From contig CBDETY010000003.1 of NCBI GenBank assembly GCA_965243025.1, positions 6,048,001 through 6,112,000 on the forward strand: a DNA stretch of 64,000 nt. The letters are read 5' to 3'. Of this stretch, positions 38,288-48,874 are shown one piece after another. The stretch comes from Candidatus Latescibacterota bacterium. GTDB taxonomy: Bacteria > Latescibacterota > UBA2968 > UBA8231. The position numbers and the translations under genes are program-made. Below the pieces are notes generated by a model, which made no database searches, was not told the origin of the DNA, and worked only from the letters and a program-made list of their open reading frames with translations. Position 1 is the first letter of the stretch; the number at the start of each line of letters is the position of its first letter.

Positions 38288-38488
38288 CGGCGTTCTCCGG
38301 TCATTTCACCGCACTCCGGCGCATCCTGAAACAGGCTCCCGGCGCTGCAGCAGCAGTCGGGCGCGAAGATGTTTCTGCAGATCCGGACCGCCTGACCCTC
38401 GAGCAGCTCCGGATCCGCGCAGCTCCCGTCCTCCTGCTGCAAAATACTCTCATCGAGACCTCCTTGTACTCCTTCTTCCGGCGCGGCG

Positions 38489-40063
38489 TCAACGCGGAGG
38501 ATCATCCGCTGCCGGGTCGAGCCAGTACGAGAAGAGCGCGGCATTGCGCAGCCTGAACCGCAGCTGAACGAAGCGGTTCACGTGGGTCTGCAGATCGCCG
38601 GATTCCCATTGCAGGGGACAGCGCAGGTGGTCTCCCCGCACCTCCTTCGACCGCGCCACCACCGAGCCTTCGTCGACGGCCTCGACCACGAGCGAGCCGC
38701 GGCCGGCATCGACATTGACGCAGAGCCAGGGAGTTTGCAGAGCGAAGCGGTCGGTGGTCACGACGCCCTCTTCGGCGCCGGCGTCCAGCGACATGAACCC
38801 GTCCCGCCGCATCGTCGCCAGGTGGATGGCGCCAGTTTTCTCATCCGCGTCGGGCGGGGCGCTGCGGTACTTGGCCCCCATGTAATAGAACCAGAGCTCG
38901 CCGTCGATGAGGACAGGTCGCGAAGGCGGCATGATCTGGCTCAGGTCGCAGGCACCCGAGCCCGTTTCCGAGGGACCGATGAAGGGACGGCGGTCCCCGA
39001 GCCGTTTCCAGCTGGCCAGGTCGCGGCTGCAGACGAGTTGCACGTGGTGGAAACCGTCCGAGTTCTCGTTGACGTTTCCCGTGTGGTAGAAGAAAGCGGC
39101 CATGCCGATGTAGAGTCCCTCGTAGCGGCTGACCCCCATGTTGTAGACGTCCACCATGTATTCGGCCGGCACGTTGTGCTGCGGCTGCTGCAGCCTCGGG
39201 TTTGCCAGACGTTCCGCAATTACCTGACGGGCGAGTTGCTGATCCTCCTGGTCGGCGTGGAAGGTGAGCCTCGGGCCGTTCCAATGCTCGAAGTCGGGGC
39301 TGGTGGCCAGGGCGACCGAGCGTCCGTACGGGCCCATCTCCCCTTCCTTCAGCGTAGCGAGGAAGGTTCCCGTGGCCTCGTCGTAACTGAGGTTTGCCTC
39401 GTCGCCGGAAGGCAGGCTGCGGCAGTCCAGCCTGCGCCAGTGAATGCCGTCCGCGCTGACCGTCAGGTCGTGGGTCTGGAATCTCCCCCTGCCGGAAAAG
39501 CGCTCTTCCGGTTCGGCGTCGGGATGCTCCTCGACCTGAATCACCCAGCTCAACTGGTATTGGGAAGGGTCGTTCAGTACATGCCGGTCGGGGTAGGCGA
39601 GCCGCCAGGGATTCTCCGTCAAGCGCCAGTGGGCGCCGGTGGGACTCACCATGCGTTCGCTGACACCGCGCAGCTTCAGGCTCTTGTAGCGGCGGGAGGG
39701 ATCGGGGTCGTGCGGATCGTAGACGACCTGTTCTCCACACAGGGGGGAGACGAGGTTGTTTTCCAGCGACCCCCGGTACTCGCGGCATCGCAGGACGGGC
39801 CGGACCCAGTCGAGGCCGTCCTGACTTTCGGCGTATGAAATACCGTCTTTTTCGGAAAGCCAGATTTTGTAGCAGCGGTCTTCCGGGACCCAGGACGGGG
39901 CGCACCTGGTCTGCACGCTGCCAGCCCCTTCGGGTTCGATGACGGGGCCCTTCTTCTGCGGCTGGTGGAGCGTGTGGCCGAGGTTCTCGCGGCTGGCTAC
40001 TCCCTCGAGGTCGAGAAAGAGCTGGCGCTCGCCGACGGGAACCTCCCATGGTCCGGCTCTCAC
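38489..40063 (-). CDS. GH32/GH43-like beta-propeller putative glycoside hydrolase
   Basis: RQLFLD, SQDGLDW, DPSRRYK, SADGIHW, RRDGFMSL, LRFRLRNAALFSY. Confidence 0.75.
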   Translation of the reverse strand: MRAGPWEVPVGERQLFLDLEGVASRENLGHTLHQPQKKGPVIEPEGAGSVQTRCAPSWVPEDRCYKIWLSEKDGISYAESQDGLDWVRPVLRCREYRGSLENNLVSPLCGEQVVYDPHDPDPSRRYKSLKLRGVSERMVSPTGAHWRLTENPWRLAYPDRHVLNDPSQYQLSWVIQVEEHPDAEPEERFSGRGRFQTHDLTVSADGIHWRRLDCRSLPSGDEANLSYDEATGTFLATLKEGEMGPYGRSVALATSPDFEHWNGPRLTFHADQEDQQLARQVIAERLANPRLQQPQHNVPAEYMVDVYNMGVSRYEGLYIGMAAFFYHTGNVNENSDGFHHVQLVCSRDLASWKRLGDRRPFIGPSETGSGACDLSQIMPPSRPVLIDGELWFYYMGAKYRSAPPDADEKTGAIHLATMRRDGFMSLDAGAEEGVVTTDRFALQTPWLCVNVDAGRGSLVVEAVDEGSVVARSKEVRGDHLRCPLQWESGDLQTHVNRFVQLRFRLRNAALFSYWLDPAADDPPR

Positions 40064-40172
40064 TGTCCGTGCTCCTTGCTGACCGGGTTCAAGTCGGTGG
40101 ATCGCCCTGAAACGGGACGGGCGCCTCCGTAAGTGACATGGGGCGGGAACGCCCGTCTTCGCGCACGTTGAA

Positions 40173-40964
40173 TCAGTACCCTGCCAGCAGCTCGCGCAGA
40201 CAGACCGCGGCCTTGCGCACCTGCTCGACCCGGTCTTCCGCTTCCCCTTCGTAGACGATGGATATGCAGCCGTTGTAGTCGACCTTTTTGAGAATCGGCA
40301 CGATGCGCTCGTAGTCGAGCCACTCGTCCCGCCCGCTCTCGATCCGGTAGAACTTGGTGCGCACGTAGAAGGCGTGCGGGGCGATCTCCTCCATGAAACG
40401 GTAGAAGTCGACCTTCGGTGCTTGCCCGCGCGGGTACGAGCCGGGAGACCCGATCCATTGGCCGGTGTCCATTACGAAGGTGAAGTTCTCGCGGTCGGTC
40501 TCCCGCCATATGCGCAGCATGACGTCGCTCGTAGACGGGTGGTTCTGCAGCCCCACCGCAATTCCCCTGGCTGCGGCGTAGTCGGCGACCTCCTGGTAGC
40601 CGCCGATCATCGCCGGCCAGGGGTCCTCCCCGTCGGCCCCCCTTTCCGGCTCCCCCTTGCAGAACACGCGGATGATCGGCGATCCGATGAAGGCGGCCAG
40701 GTCGACGGCGTTCCGGCAGGTGTCGGTGAATCCCCGCCGTTCTTCGTCCGTCCCCAGGGGAAGTCCGCTGACCCCGATGTACCCTATCGGCAGTCCGTAC
40801 TTCAGGCAGAGCAGCTTGACGCTGCTGAGGTATTCGGGGTCGGTCGAAGCGAACGACCGCTGATGGAAGTCGACGCAATCGAGTCTCAGATCGCGAGCGG
40901 TTTCGATGAATGCCTCGATGCTGGTGTCCCTGAGACTCAGGTGGTTGCAGCCGATCTTGAGCAT
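40173..40964 (-). CDS. Sugar phosphate isomerase/epimerase family
   Basis: IRVF, GLQNH, MDTGQW, LDYERIVPILKKVDYNGCISIVYEG. Confidence 0.85.
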   Translation of the reverse strand: MLKIGCNHLSLRDTSIEAFIETARDLRLDCVDFHQRSFASTDPEYLSSVKLLCLKYGLPIGYIGVSGLPLGTDEERRGFTDTCRNAVDLAAFIGSPIIRVFCKGEPERGADGEDPWPAMIGGYQEVADYAAARGIAVGLQNHPSTSDVMLRIWRETDRENFTFVMDTGQWIGSPGSYPRGQAPKVDFYRFMEEIAPHAFYVRTKFYRIESGRDEWLDYERIVPILKKVDYNGCISIVYEGEAEDRVEQVRKAAVCLRELLAGY

Positions 40965-41149
40965 GGTTCTCCAGTCCTTTCAGGTTTCGGTTATACCCCT
41001 CGCGGAATGCCCGCGAGCGCCTTCACGTCAAACCAAGCGTACGGACGAGGGGGAGGACCAACTGCGACCTTTCGCCGATGCGTCCGCTCGCAAGGGGCCT
41101 GCGCGAGCCTGACCGGGAGTGTACGGAGAGCGAAGGCACCGCCGCGGCA

Positions 41150-43984
41150 CTAGGGCCGACGCTCCAGCTCGCGGCGCAGCTCGTTCAGCTTGTCCTCCAG
41201 CGCCTCGAGCTCTTCCCCGGCCCGGGTCCAGTCCCATTCCTGCAGCGCCGTCCGGGCCCCGCGGTAGTGGCCTTCCGCCTCCGAGACCATCCGCGCCGCG
41301 GTCTGCAGCGACGCCGCGTCCGGGACGCCCTCGGCAAGGACGCCCCCGGCCGGGGCAGCCTCGATTACAGCTCCGGCGTCCGCCGGTGGTTCGACCATGC
41401 CGAAGATCTCGGCCAACGCCTCCTCGAACGTGCCGCGCATCACCACCCGGCCGCCGAAGGCGACGATCACCTGCTTGAGCTCGGGGATCGCGGTGCTGCG
41501 ATAGGAAGGCCGCCGCGGGCCCTCGGGCCGTCCCATCCCGAGGGTCCCCGGTTCAGGCAGGCGCGAGACCTGCGGCTGCTGGCTGGCCTGCAGGTACACC
41601 GGCTCGACGTACAGGAACGACTGCTCGATCGGGATCGCCAGCATGTTGCCGCGGATCACCTCCGATCCCTTCTGCCCCCAGAGGGTGAGCTGGCTCGAGA
41701 TCTCCGGCTGCTGGTCGATGCGCGCCTCCAGCTGCATCGGTCCGAAGATCATGCGGTCCTTGGGGAGCCGGTAGACGAGCAGGTCCCCGTAGTTGTCGGC
41801 GTCGCAGCGCGCCGCCAGCCAGCCGATCATGTTGTCCTTCCGCGCCGGCGTGAACGGGACCATGAGCATGAACTCCTCGCGCTCCTCTCCGGGCAGCTTG
41901 ACGACGATGTAGTACGGCTCCATCAGCTGCGGGCGGTCGCGGTAGATCTCGTTGGGTATGGCCCACAGGTCTTCCTGGTTGTAGAAAACCCGCACGTCCC
42001 GCATGTGGTAGCTGCGGTAGATCATCGCCTGGTACTTGAACATGTCGCGGGGGTAGCGCAGGTGCCGGCGCAGGTCGGGAGGCATGGCCTCCAGGGGCTG
42101 GAACAGGTCGGGGAAGATCTCGGCGTACGCGGCGATCAGCGGATCCTCCCCGTCCACCCTGTAGAAGGCGACCGAGCCGTTGTAGGCGTCGATCACGACC
42201 TTGGCGGAGTTGCGGATGTAGTTGATGGCCGACCGCCCCCCGCGCGAGGAGTAGGGGTACATCTCCGTGGTCGTGTAGGCGTCGACCACCCAGAAGAGCC
42301 GTCCCTCGGATATGACCATGTACGGGTCGGTGTCGTAGTGCAGGAAGGGGGCGACGGCCCGCACCCGGGCGGCGATCTGGCGGCGGAACATCACCCGGCT
42401 GTCGGCGGTGACGTAGGCGCTCAGCAGCAGGTTCAGGTCCTTGAAGCGCAGCGCGAAGGCGAGGCGGCCGAACAGTCCGCCGATGCGCACCCCCCCCTTG
42501 CCGGCGTAGGTCGAGAAGACGTTCTCGGACCCCTTGGGGTAGTCGAACTCGCGGGTTCCGGTGTTGGTCACCACGTACGGCCAGGTCAGCTCGCCGTAGT
42601 AGATCTCGGGGCGGTCGATCTCGAGGCCGGGGGCCGACACCGGCGGGAGGTCGCGCACCAGCAGGTCGGGCAGGCCGTCCGGCGTGACGTGGTTCACCGG
42701 GCTCATGGCGATGCCGTAGCCGTGGGTGTACTGCAGCCGCTCGTTGACCCAGCTGCGCGCCTGGGGGGGCAGCCTGTCGGAGGCCATCTCGCGCGCCGAC
42801 AGCATGACCTGGCGGTACACCCCGTCCACCGTGTAGCGGTCGACGTCCACCCCGGGGAAGAGGTAGTAGGGGCGGATCTCCTGGACCTGCTGGAAGGTCT
42901 GCATCAGCGGCCGCTCGTCCCAGATGCGGATGTTGCGGATGGTGAGGGGGTTGGCCTGGATGTCCTCGGCGGTGAGTTGGTCCGACCCGGCGAAGGTCTG
43001 CTCCTCGATCCGGTCGAGGCCGTAGGCGCGCCGCGTGGCCTCGAGGTTGTGGCGGATGTAGGGAGCTTCGCGCGCCAGCTCGTTGGGCTCGACCACGAAG
43101 CTCTGGACCAGCGACGACGGGACGATGCCCAGGAGGATGGCGGCGACCACCAGGGCGGCCGCAACGAGCAGGGGCCGGCGGCCCCTCCAGGACCGGGCCG
43201 CGGCGAAGAGCACCGCTCCGGCCGCCAGGTACATCAGGACGAGCAGCCGGTAGATCCATACCTGGACATTGGCGTCGACGTAGCCGGCCCCGAACGCCAC
43301 CCAGTCGTCGGAGTACAGCAGACCGTGGATCTTGAGCCGGTAGATCCAGGCGATGACGAGCAGGAAGAAGCCGGCCAGGACCGACAGATGCGCCGCGGGA
43401 CGGGGCAGCGCGGAGATCCGCTCCTGGAAGCGGATGCCGCCGCCGGAAACGTAGACGACGCAGACGGCGACCAGCGAAAGGATGATGCAGGCGAGAAGGT
43501 ACCCCGACAGGAAGCGCAGGAACGGGAGCTCGAAGACGTAGAAGCCGATATCCCGCGAGAAAATCGGGTCGGCGAGGCCGAAGGGCTGGTCGTGGAAGAA
43601 GCGCAGCCACAGCAGCCACTGGCCCGACCCGATCCGCCCCATCAGCAGCACCAGCACCGCCCCGGCCACCAGGTAAGCGGAGCGGGACCGCAGCAGCGGG
43701 TCGAGGGGTCCTCCCTCGGGGCCCCACGGCGAGCCGGCGGCGCGCAGCAACTCGCGCGTGAAGCGCCGCGCCAGGGCGAGATTGGGGGCGATCAGCAGCG
43801 CCGCCACCAGGCCGAAGAAAACGCCGGCGAAAAGGCGCGCCCGCATCGCCCGCCAGTAGACGGACTCGAGGTCCAGGCTGTGGAACCACTTCCAGTTGGT
43901 GTACACCGTGGCCAGCACGAGGGCGCCGATTGCCGCGCCCAGCAGCGCTGCGGCAAGCGCCCAGCGGCGCTGTCTGCTCGTCAT
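41150..43984 (-). CDS. UPF0182 family membrane protein
   Basis: DPIFSRDIGFYVFELPF, VEPNELAREAPYI..N..ATRRAYGL, DVDRY, YTHGYG, IYYGE, YIRNSAKVVIDAYNG, LYVEPVY. Confidence 0.93.
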   Translation of the reverse strand: MTSRQRRWALAAALLGAAIGALVLATVYTNWKWFHSLDLESVYWRAMRARLFAGVFFGLVAALLIAPNLALARRFTRELLRAAGSPWGPEGGPLDPLLRSRSAYLVAGAVLVLLMGRIGSGQWLLWLRFFHDQPFGLADPIFSRDIGFYVFELPFLRFLSGYLLACIILSLVAVCVVYVSGGGIRFQERISALPRPAAHLSVLAGFFLLVIAWIYRLKIHGLLYSDDWVAFGAGYVDANVQVWIYRLLVLMYLAAGAVLFAAARSWRGRRPLLVAAALVVAAILLGIVPSSLVQSFVVEPNELAREAPYIRHNLEATRRAYGLDRIEEQTFAGSDQLTAEDIQANPLTIRNIRIWDERPLMQTFQQVQEIRPYYLFPGVDVDRYTVDGVYRQVMLSAREMASDRLPPQARSWVNERLQYTHGYGIAMSPVNHVTPDGLPDLLVRDLPPVSAPGLEIDRPEIYYGELTWPYVVTNTGTREFDYPKGSENVFSTYAGKGGVRIGGLFGRLAFALRFKDLNLLLSAYVTADSRVMFRRQIAARVRAVAPFLHYDTDPYMVISEGRLFWVVDAYTTTEMYPYSSRGGRSAINYIRNSAKVVIDAYNGSVAFYRVDGEDPLIAAYAEIFPDLFQPLEAMPPDLRRHLRYPRDMFKYQAMIYRSYHMRDVRVFYNQEDLWAIPNEIYRDRPQLMEPYYIVVKLPGEEREEFMLMVPFTPARKDNMIGWLAARCDADNYGDLLVYRLPKDRMIFGPMQLEARIDQQPEISSQLTLWGQKGSEVIRGNMLAIPIEQSFLYVEPVYLQASQQPQVSRLPEPGTLGMGRPEGPRRPSYRSTAIPELKQVIVAFGGRVVMRGTFEEALAEIFGMVEPPADAGAVIEAAPAGGVLAEGVPDAASLQTAARMVSEAEGHYRGARTALQEWDWTRAGEELEALEDKLNELRRELERRP

Positions 43985-44044
43985 GATTCGCCTCGTCTAT
44001 CCGATAAGGGGGAAACGCGCGCGGCAGGGGACGGGCATCGGAGG

Positions 44045-47000
44045 TCAGGCCGTCGCCCCGGTCCGCTCGCCGGAAAGGATCTCCTCGCCCTGCAGCCGGT
44101 AGCCGGCCTTGGTCTCGAGATCCAGGGTGCGCCAGATGAGGAACTGTTTGCGGATGACGTTGATGAAGCGCTGGTTGACCCGCTGCCACGAGGCGTCCTC
44201 GCCGCTGAGGCGGCGGATCGCCAGCGCAATGGCGTAGATGTTGTGCTCCGCCTCGGGAACCGCCCGGAAAACGACGTGCTGGCTCACGCCGAGATCGAAA
44301 GGCGCCAACCCGATGACCATCGAGATGCTGTAGCCCTCGCCGTGCTCTGTCGCCGTCCTGCCGAGCTCGGCCCCTTCCGTGTAGAACGTGCCGATCGATT
44401 CCTCGCTGTACGAGTCGAAGTAGCCGGCGAGGAACACCGACAGTCCGAGCACCTCGTGGCCGCTCACCGTGAAGGGGAACTCGAAGTCCCAGTTGTCGCC
44501 GTCGGCGGGGGGCAGCTGCCACTTGCGGGTGACGTCGGGCACCGCCATCCGCGAGGCCCTGTGGGCGGGGTACAGGGTGGACAGCAGCACCACCGCCATT
44601 ACCAGCATGCAGGAGAAGACCGCGGCCAGCGACGAGTAGTTCAGCGTGAAGCCGGCCAGCAGGCCGAAGGCCACCAGCAGTGCGGCGACCGTCTGGCCGG
44701 TGAGGAACCCCGCGACCACGCCGAGCACGGAGTAGACGCAGGACTCGGCGATGAAAAGCCAGGCGATGTGGCCGGGAGCGAGCCCGACGGAAGAGTAGAT
44801 GCCGATCTCGCGGAAGCGTTCGTAGACGCTGCCCATCATCGTGTTGAGCACGATCAGCGAGGCGATGAGAATGGGGATGAAGAGGTTGGCGAGCCCGGAG
44901 AAGCCGGTCACGCCCAGGGAGCTGTATACCGATACGTGGATGCGCTCATCCCCCTCCTCCCTGATGCCGGCGAACAGCGTCACCGCCAGCCGCGCAAGCA
45001 GCTTCTCGATCTGCCCGCGTTCGTCGACCCCCTCGTCGAAACGCACCGCCACCGACTGCAGCGGATTGCCGCTGCCGACGTTGCGCAGCAGGCGGTAGGG
45101 AATGATGAGCACGTTGGCCGGCTCCAGGTGCGCGAACGGCTCGATGGAGACGTTGGTCCCCGACAGGCCCTGTCTCTCGCGCCGCTCCTCGTCGGCCATC
45201 TCCATCACCGTCAGACCGCTGGTGCCGGCGAAGTCCGCCGGGGTCAGCATCTCGCCGTCCAGGTCTTTCAGGTCTTCCAGAATTTCCGAGTCGACCACAC
45301 CGATTACCCTGAACATCTCGCCGAAAACGCGGATGCTTTCGGTTCCCGCGGCCACCTTCCCAAGGTCGATGCCGAGCTTGTCGGCGGCGATCATGTCTTC
45401 GGGCAGGATGCAGACGTCCCCGTCCCCTTCCCGGAACCAGCGCCCGGCGACGAGGGCCCGGTCGAGTCCGCTCACCGCGGCTTCCTGCGGCGTCAGCCCG
45501 AGCACGCCGAGAGCGTTATGCGACTTGCCGCCGCGCTTCATCTTGATGTGGGCCCTGTCCTTGTGGCCGTACCAGCTGCGCGGTGCCACCACCGCGATGT
45601 CGCCGAAGGCGTTGTCGGCGTACTCGAGGACCGACTCCTCCAGGGGGGTCCAGGCCTTGTTGCGGATCAGCATGCCCTCGTAGAGGCCCTCGCTGTCGCG
45701 CCGGAACTCGTAGAACTCGAGGGAGGTCTGGATCGAGGTGAACGAGAGCACCGTGAAGGTCAGCAGCATCAGGGTGGCGAAGGTCAACGCCGTGCGCAGC
45801 TTGCGCCGCTTCATGTTGGAGATTCCCAGCTGGAAGGCCGCCAGCGAGGCCCCCGAGCGGCTGACGTCGGTATCGTGAATGACGGCGACCTCGGTGCGCA
45901 GCTTCCTCATCTGCTCGCTGAAGCGCCCGCTGACAATGGAAATGGCGAGAACGGCCAGGGCGAGGATGACGAAGGCGAGAAGGATTACGAAGGGATTGCC
46001 GAGATCGAACGCCGGGTGGACGAGGGACAGGACGACCCAGATCGCCAGGAACACGGCGGCGAACCCGGTGATCTGGTTCCTGATCGTCGCCGCGGATATC
46101 AGCAGGCGCTCGGCGAAGAAGGCGCACGGAATGACCAGCGCCATGAAGAAGACGATGCCGCGGATCACGTCGTTCTGCGTCCCCTTGACGTCGGGGTAGG
46201 CGCGCGACTCGAGACCGATGGCGGCGCGGGTGCGGCGCACGAACTCGCTCCAGCGGCGCTGCTCCATCGCCTTCCCCGCCGCTTCGAGGTGGGCGCGCGC
46301 CTGCCGGTGCAGGCTGCCGAGTCGGCGGTTCTCGATGCCGAAGCCGCTGAGCTCGCGCATGCGCGCCTCGTCGAGGTTCCACATGTCGCGGGCGGCGAGA
46401 TAGGTGGTGCGGGCGAACGAGGTGCCGGGGTCGATCCGGTAGCCGCGGCCGAGCGCCCCTCCCGTGTCGTCGGAGACCGCCGAGTTGAGCAGCAGGTAGC
46501 GGAAACCGAGGATGTCGGCGCCCAGTCCGAGCTTGATGCGGTCCCCGTCGCGGGCGAACAGCACTCCTACCGGCTCGTCCCTTGCCGACGGCCCTTCCCC
46601 GAGAGTGTAGCCGTATTCCAGGGGTGCGGTGTTGGCCTCGCTGAACACGGAGATACGGGACAGCTTGGTCAGGTACTGGGGGTCGACCAGGTCGTAGAGG
46701 TTGTGGGCGCGGCACGGGAACAGCACCACCTGCCAGCGCTTGTCGCGCCAGTCCATGGCGACTCTCATGGAGTAGACGCCTCCCTGCCGGCCGCGGTCCG
46801 GGGCGTAGGTGATCCGGCCGGTGGCGGGGTCCATGTAGTACCCCTCGATCTGCAGGTGCCTGATGCCGTGCTCCGCCATGCGGATGCGGTTGATGTAGAA
46901 GGCGCCGTCGTCGTCGACGATCTCGTAGAACTCGCCGCGCACCCCCTTGCTCGACTTCTTCTTGCCGGTGCGGACCACCCCTACCGCCCCGGCGCGCGGC

Positions 47001-48874
47001 AGGTCGGGTACGATGCTGCGCCGCGGGAAGACCATGGTCCGCGCCGTGAGCGATCCAAGGGAGTCCTTCAGCCGCATCCTGAAATCCGGGAACAGGCCGG
47101 CATCCTCGAAGGCCATGTGGAACATGGCGGCCAGGGCGCGGATCTGGCGGGCGAGATTGCCGACGTCGACCCCCGGCAGGCGGTCCAGGGGGGTGTCGAC
47201 GGCGAAGCGGGCATCGTTGACGGTGACGAAGGCCAGCGCCGGCGTGCCGGCGGCCAGCACCATCTCGCTGTTGACGGAGATCTCGCCGGGAACGAAGGAA
47301 TCCCAGGTCATCCCTCCGCCGGGGCTGATGCCGTTGACGAGCACATCTTCGCGGCGGTACCCCAGGGCGTTGGCCACTTCGCCGGCGTACCCCATGAACC
47401 TCTTGCCGAACGGGGCGAAGTAGCGCTGGAAGTAGAACTCGGAATTGCTGTTCCAGACGCCCAGCTCGTCGGTCCGGGTCGACAGGTCGAGGCTGATGAA
47501 GAGCTTGACCGAGAGCGGGCCGGCCCTGGGGCCGACCCAGTCACTGTAGAGCGCCAGGAGCAGATCGCCGTCGTCGGTCAGCGTTTCGACCAGGGCGTCG
47601 ACGCTCTCGAATCCGCGGCCCCCATACGAGAGCCGACCTCCCCGCGACCGGGCGACGAACCCCTCCTCGAGCGCCGCCAGGGCGACGCGGCGGACCAGGG
47701 TGGAGTCCCCCTCCGCGGCGCGGCGCACGAGACCCTCCCTGCCGAGGAACTCCCGGCTGCCGAGGCGGTACCTTACGCCCTCCTGCTCGATCAGGTCCCG
47801 CTCCAGGGCCGCATCGACGACGCGGCGGATCAGCATGCGGTCGACGAACGGGTCTTCGCGGCGCAGGTAGCGCTGGATGAAATCGTCGATCCCGCGCAGG
47901 CCGAGATGGTGGGCGGAGGTCGCCAGGAAGACCAGGGTGCGTTCCGGCGGGTTGCGGCGGAAGTAGCGGGCAAGCTCGATCAGGGCGGTTATGCCGGCGG
48001 CCTGTTCGGCTCCGGGGGCCAGCGCCGGCACCACGGACATGGCGTCGTAGTACGACTCGAGAACGATGACTTCGTCCCGCAGCTGCGGACCGGTCCCGGG
48101 GATGGCCCCGAGGATGTTCCACGCCGGGCGCCGCTCCCAATCCATGCGGTACTCGATGTGCACCTCGACCTCGCCAGCGGGGCTCATGGAGATGCGCTCG
48201 CGCAGGCGGACCCCCTCTTCCCGGGGGACCCAGTAGCGCGGCAGGTCGAGAGGCATCGTCAGGAACTTGCGCTCCCCCTCCAGGTAAACGGTCGAGTCCG
48301 GTTCGATGAAGACCACCCCGGCGGCTCCGAGGTAGGCGCACTTGAGCCAGGCGTCGCCGGTGTTGAAGTCCATCAGCACCACCGCGTCTTCGACCCGCCT
48401 GCCGTCGAGATGGGCATAGGAGCCGTCGCCGCCGTCGATCAGGCGCGCGATCCTCCCGCCATCGGGCAAGGTGGAGGTCCTGACGAGGTTGGGCCACAGG
48501 CCGTGCAGCGGGGCGGTCTCCCCGGTGGCGGCGATCCGGAGGCTGCCGGGTGCCTCTTCCACCGGAACGGAGACGTCGTATTCATGGGCCTCGATTCCAC
48601 CCAGCCCGATGTCGCGGAAGGTCTCCCGAATGTAACGGGCAGCTGCGTCGGCCCCGGGGTATCCGGCCACGCGGGATTCCTGCCCGGCGAAGTGCGCGAG
48701 CGTCCCGGCGACGCGCTCCTCGGAAACGAGATTCCGGACCGAGGCAAGGTCGATCTCTGCATGGAGCGGCAGCGCTGCCAGCGGGACGCTACACAGGAGC
48801 GACGACAAACAGCCGTTGCGCGGCAGCGGCCGGGTTATGAATCCCGAGAACGGCATCGAGGCGATAGTACTCAT
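44045..48874 (-). CDS. Large fusion: M28-peptidase-like ectodomain plus FtsX/MacB-like permease
   Basis: SRVAGYPGA, NILGAIPG, SYYD..PGAEQAAG; ISNMKRRKLRTALT; LNTMMGSVYERFREIGIYSSVGLAP (FtsX); start approximate. Confidence 0.82.
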   Translation of the reverse strand: MSTIASMPFSGFITRPLPRNGCLSSLLCSVPLAALPLHAEIDLASVRNLVSEERVAGTLAHFAGQESRVAGYPGADAAARYIRETFRDIGLGGIEAHEYDVSVPVEEAPGSLRIAATGETAPLHGLWPNLVRTSTLPDGGRIARLIDGGDGSYAHLDGRRVEDAVVLMDFNTGDAWLKCAYLGAAGVVFIEPDSTVYLEGERKFLTMPLDLPRYWVPREEGVRLRERISMSPAGEVEVHIEYRMDWERRPAWNILGAIPGTGPQLRDEVIVLESYYDAMSVVPALAPGAEQAAGITALIELARYFRRNPPERTLVFLATSAHHLGLRGIDDFIQRYLRREDPFVDRMLIRRVVDAALERDLIEQEGVRYRLGSREFLGREGLVRRAAEGDSTLVRRVALAALEEGFVARSRGGRLSYGGRGFESVDALVETLTDDGDLLLALYSDWVGPRAGPLSVKLFISLDLSTRTDELGVWNSNSEFYFQRYFAPFGKRFMGYAGEVANALGYRREDVLVNGISPGGGMTWDSFVPGEISVNSEMVLAAGTPALAFVTVNDARFAVDTPLDRLPGVDVGNLARQIRALAAMFHMAFEDAGLFPDFRMRLKDSLGSLTARTMVFPRRSIVPDLPRAGAVGVVRTGKKKSSKGVRGEFYEIVDDDGAFYINRIRMAEHGIRHLQIEGYYMDPATGRITYAPDRGRQGGVYSMRVAMDWRDKRWQVVLFPCRAHNLYDLVDPQYLTKLSRISVFSEANTAPLEYGYTLGEGPSARDEPVGVLFARDGDRIKLGLGADILGFRYLLLNSAVSDDTGGALGRGYRIDPGTSFARTTYLAARDMWNLDEARMRELSGFGIENRRLGSLHRQARAHLEAAGKAMEQRRWSEFVRRTRAAIGLESRAYPDVKGTQNDVIRGIVFFMALVIPCAFFAERLLISAATIRNQITGFAAVFLAIWVVLSLVHPAFDLGNPFVILLAFVILALAVLAISIVSGRFSEQMRKLRTEVAVIHDTDVSRSGASLAAFQLGISNMKRRKLRTALTFATLMLLTFTVLSFTSIQTSLEFYEFRRDSEGLYEGMLIRNKAWTPLEESVLEYADNAFGDIAVVAPRSWYGHKDRAHIKMKRGGKSHNALGVLGLTPQEAAVSGLDRALVAGRWFREGDGDVCILPEDMIAADKLGIDLGKVAAGTESIRVFGEMFRVIGVVDSEILEDLKDLDGEMLTPADFAGTSGLTVMEMADEERRERQGLSGTNVSIEPFAHLEPANVLIIPYRLLRNVGSGNPLQSVAVRFDEGVDERGQIEKLLARLAVTLFAGIREEGDERIHVSVYSSLGVTGFSGLANLFIPILIASLIVLNTMMGSVYERFREIGIYSSVGLAPGHIAWLFIAESCVYSVLGVVAGFLTGQTVAALLVAFGLLAGFTLNYSSLAAVFSCMLVMAVVLLSTLYPAHRASRMAVPDVTRKWQLPPADGDNWDFEFPFTVSGHEVLGLSVFLAGYFDSYSEESIGTFYTEGAELGRTATEHGEGYSISMVIGLAPFDLGVSQHVVFRAVPEAEHNIYAIALAIRRLSGEDASWQRVNQRFINVIRKQFLIWRTLDLETKAGYRLQGEEILSGERTGATA

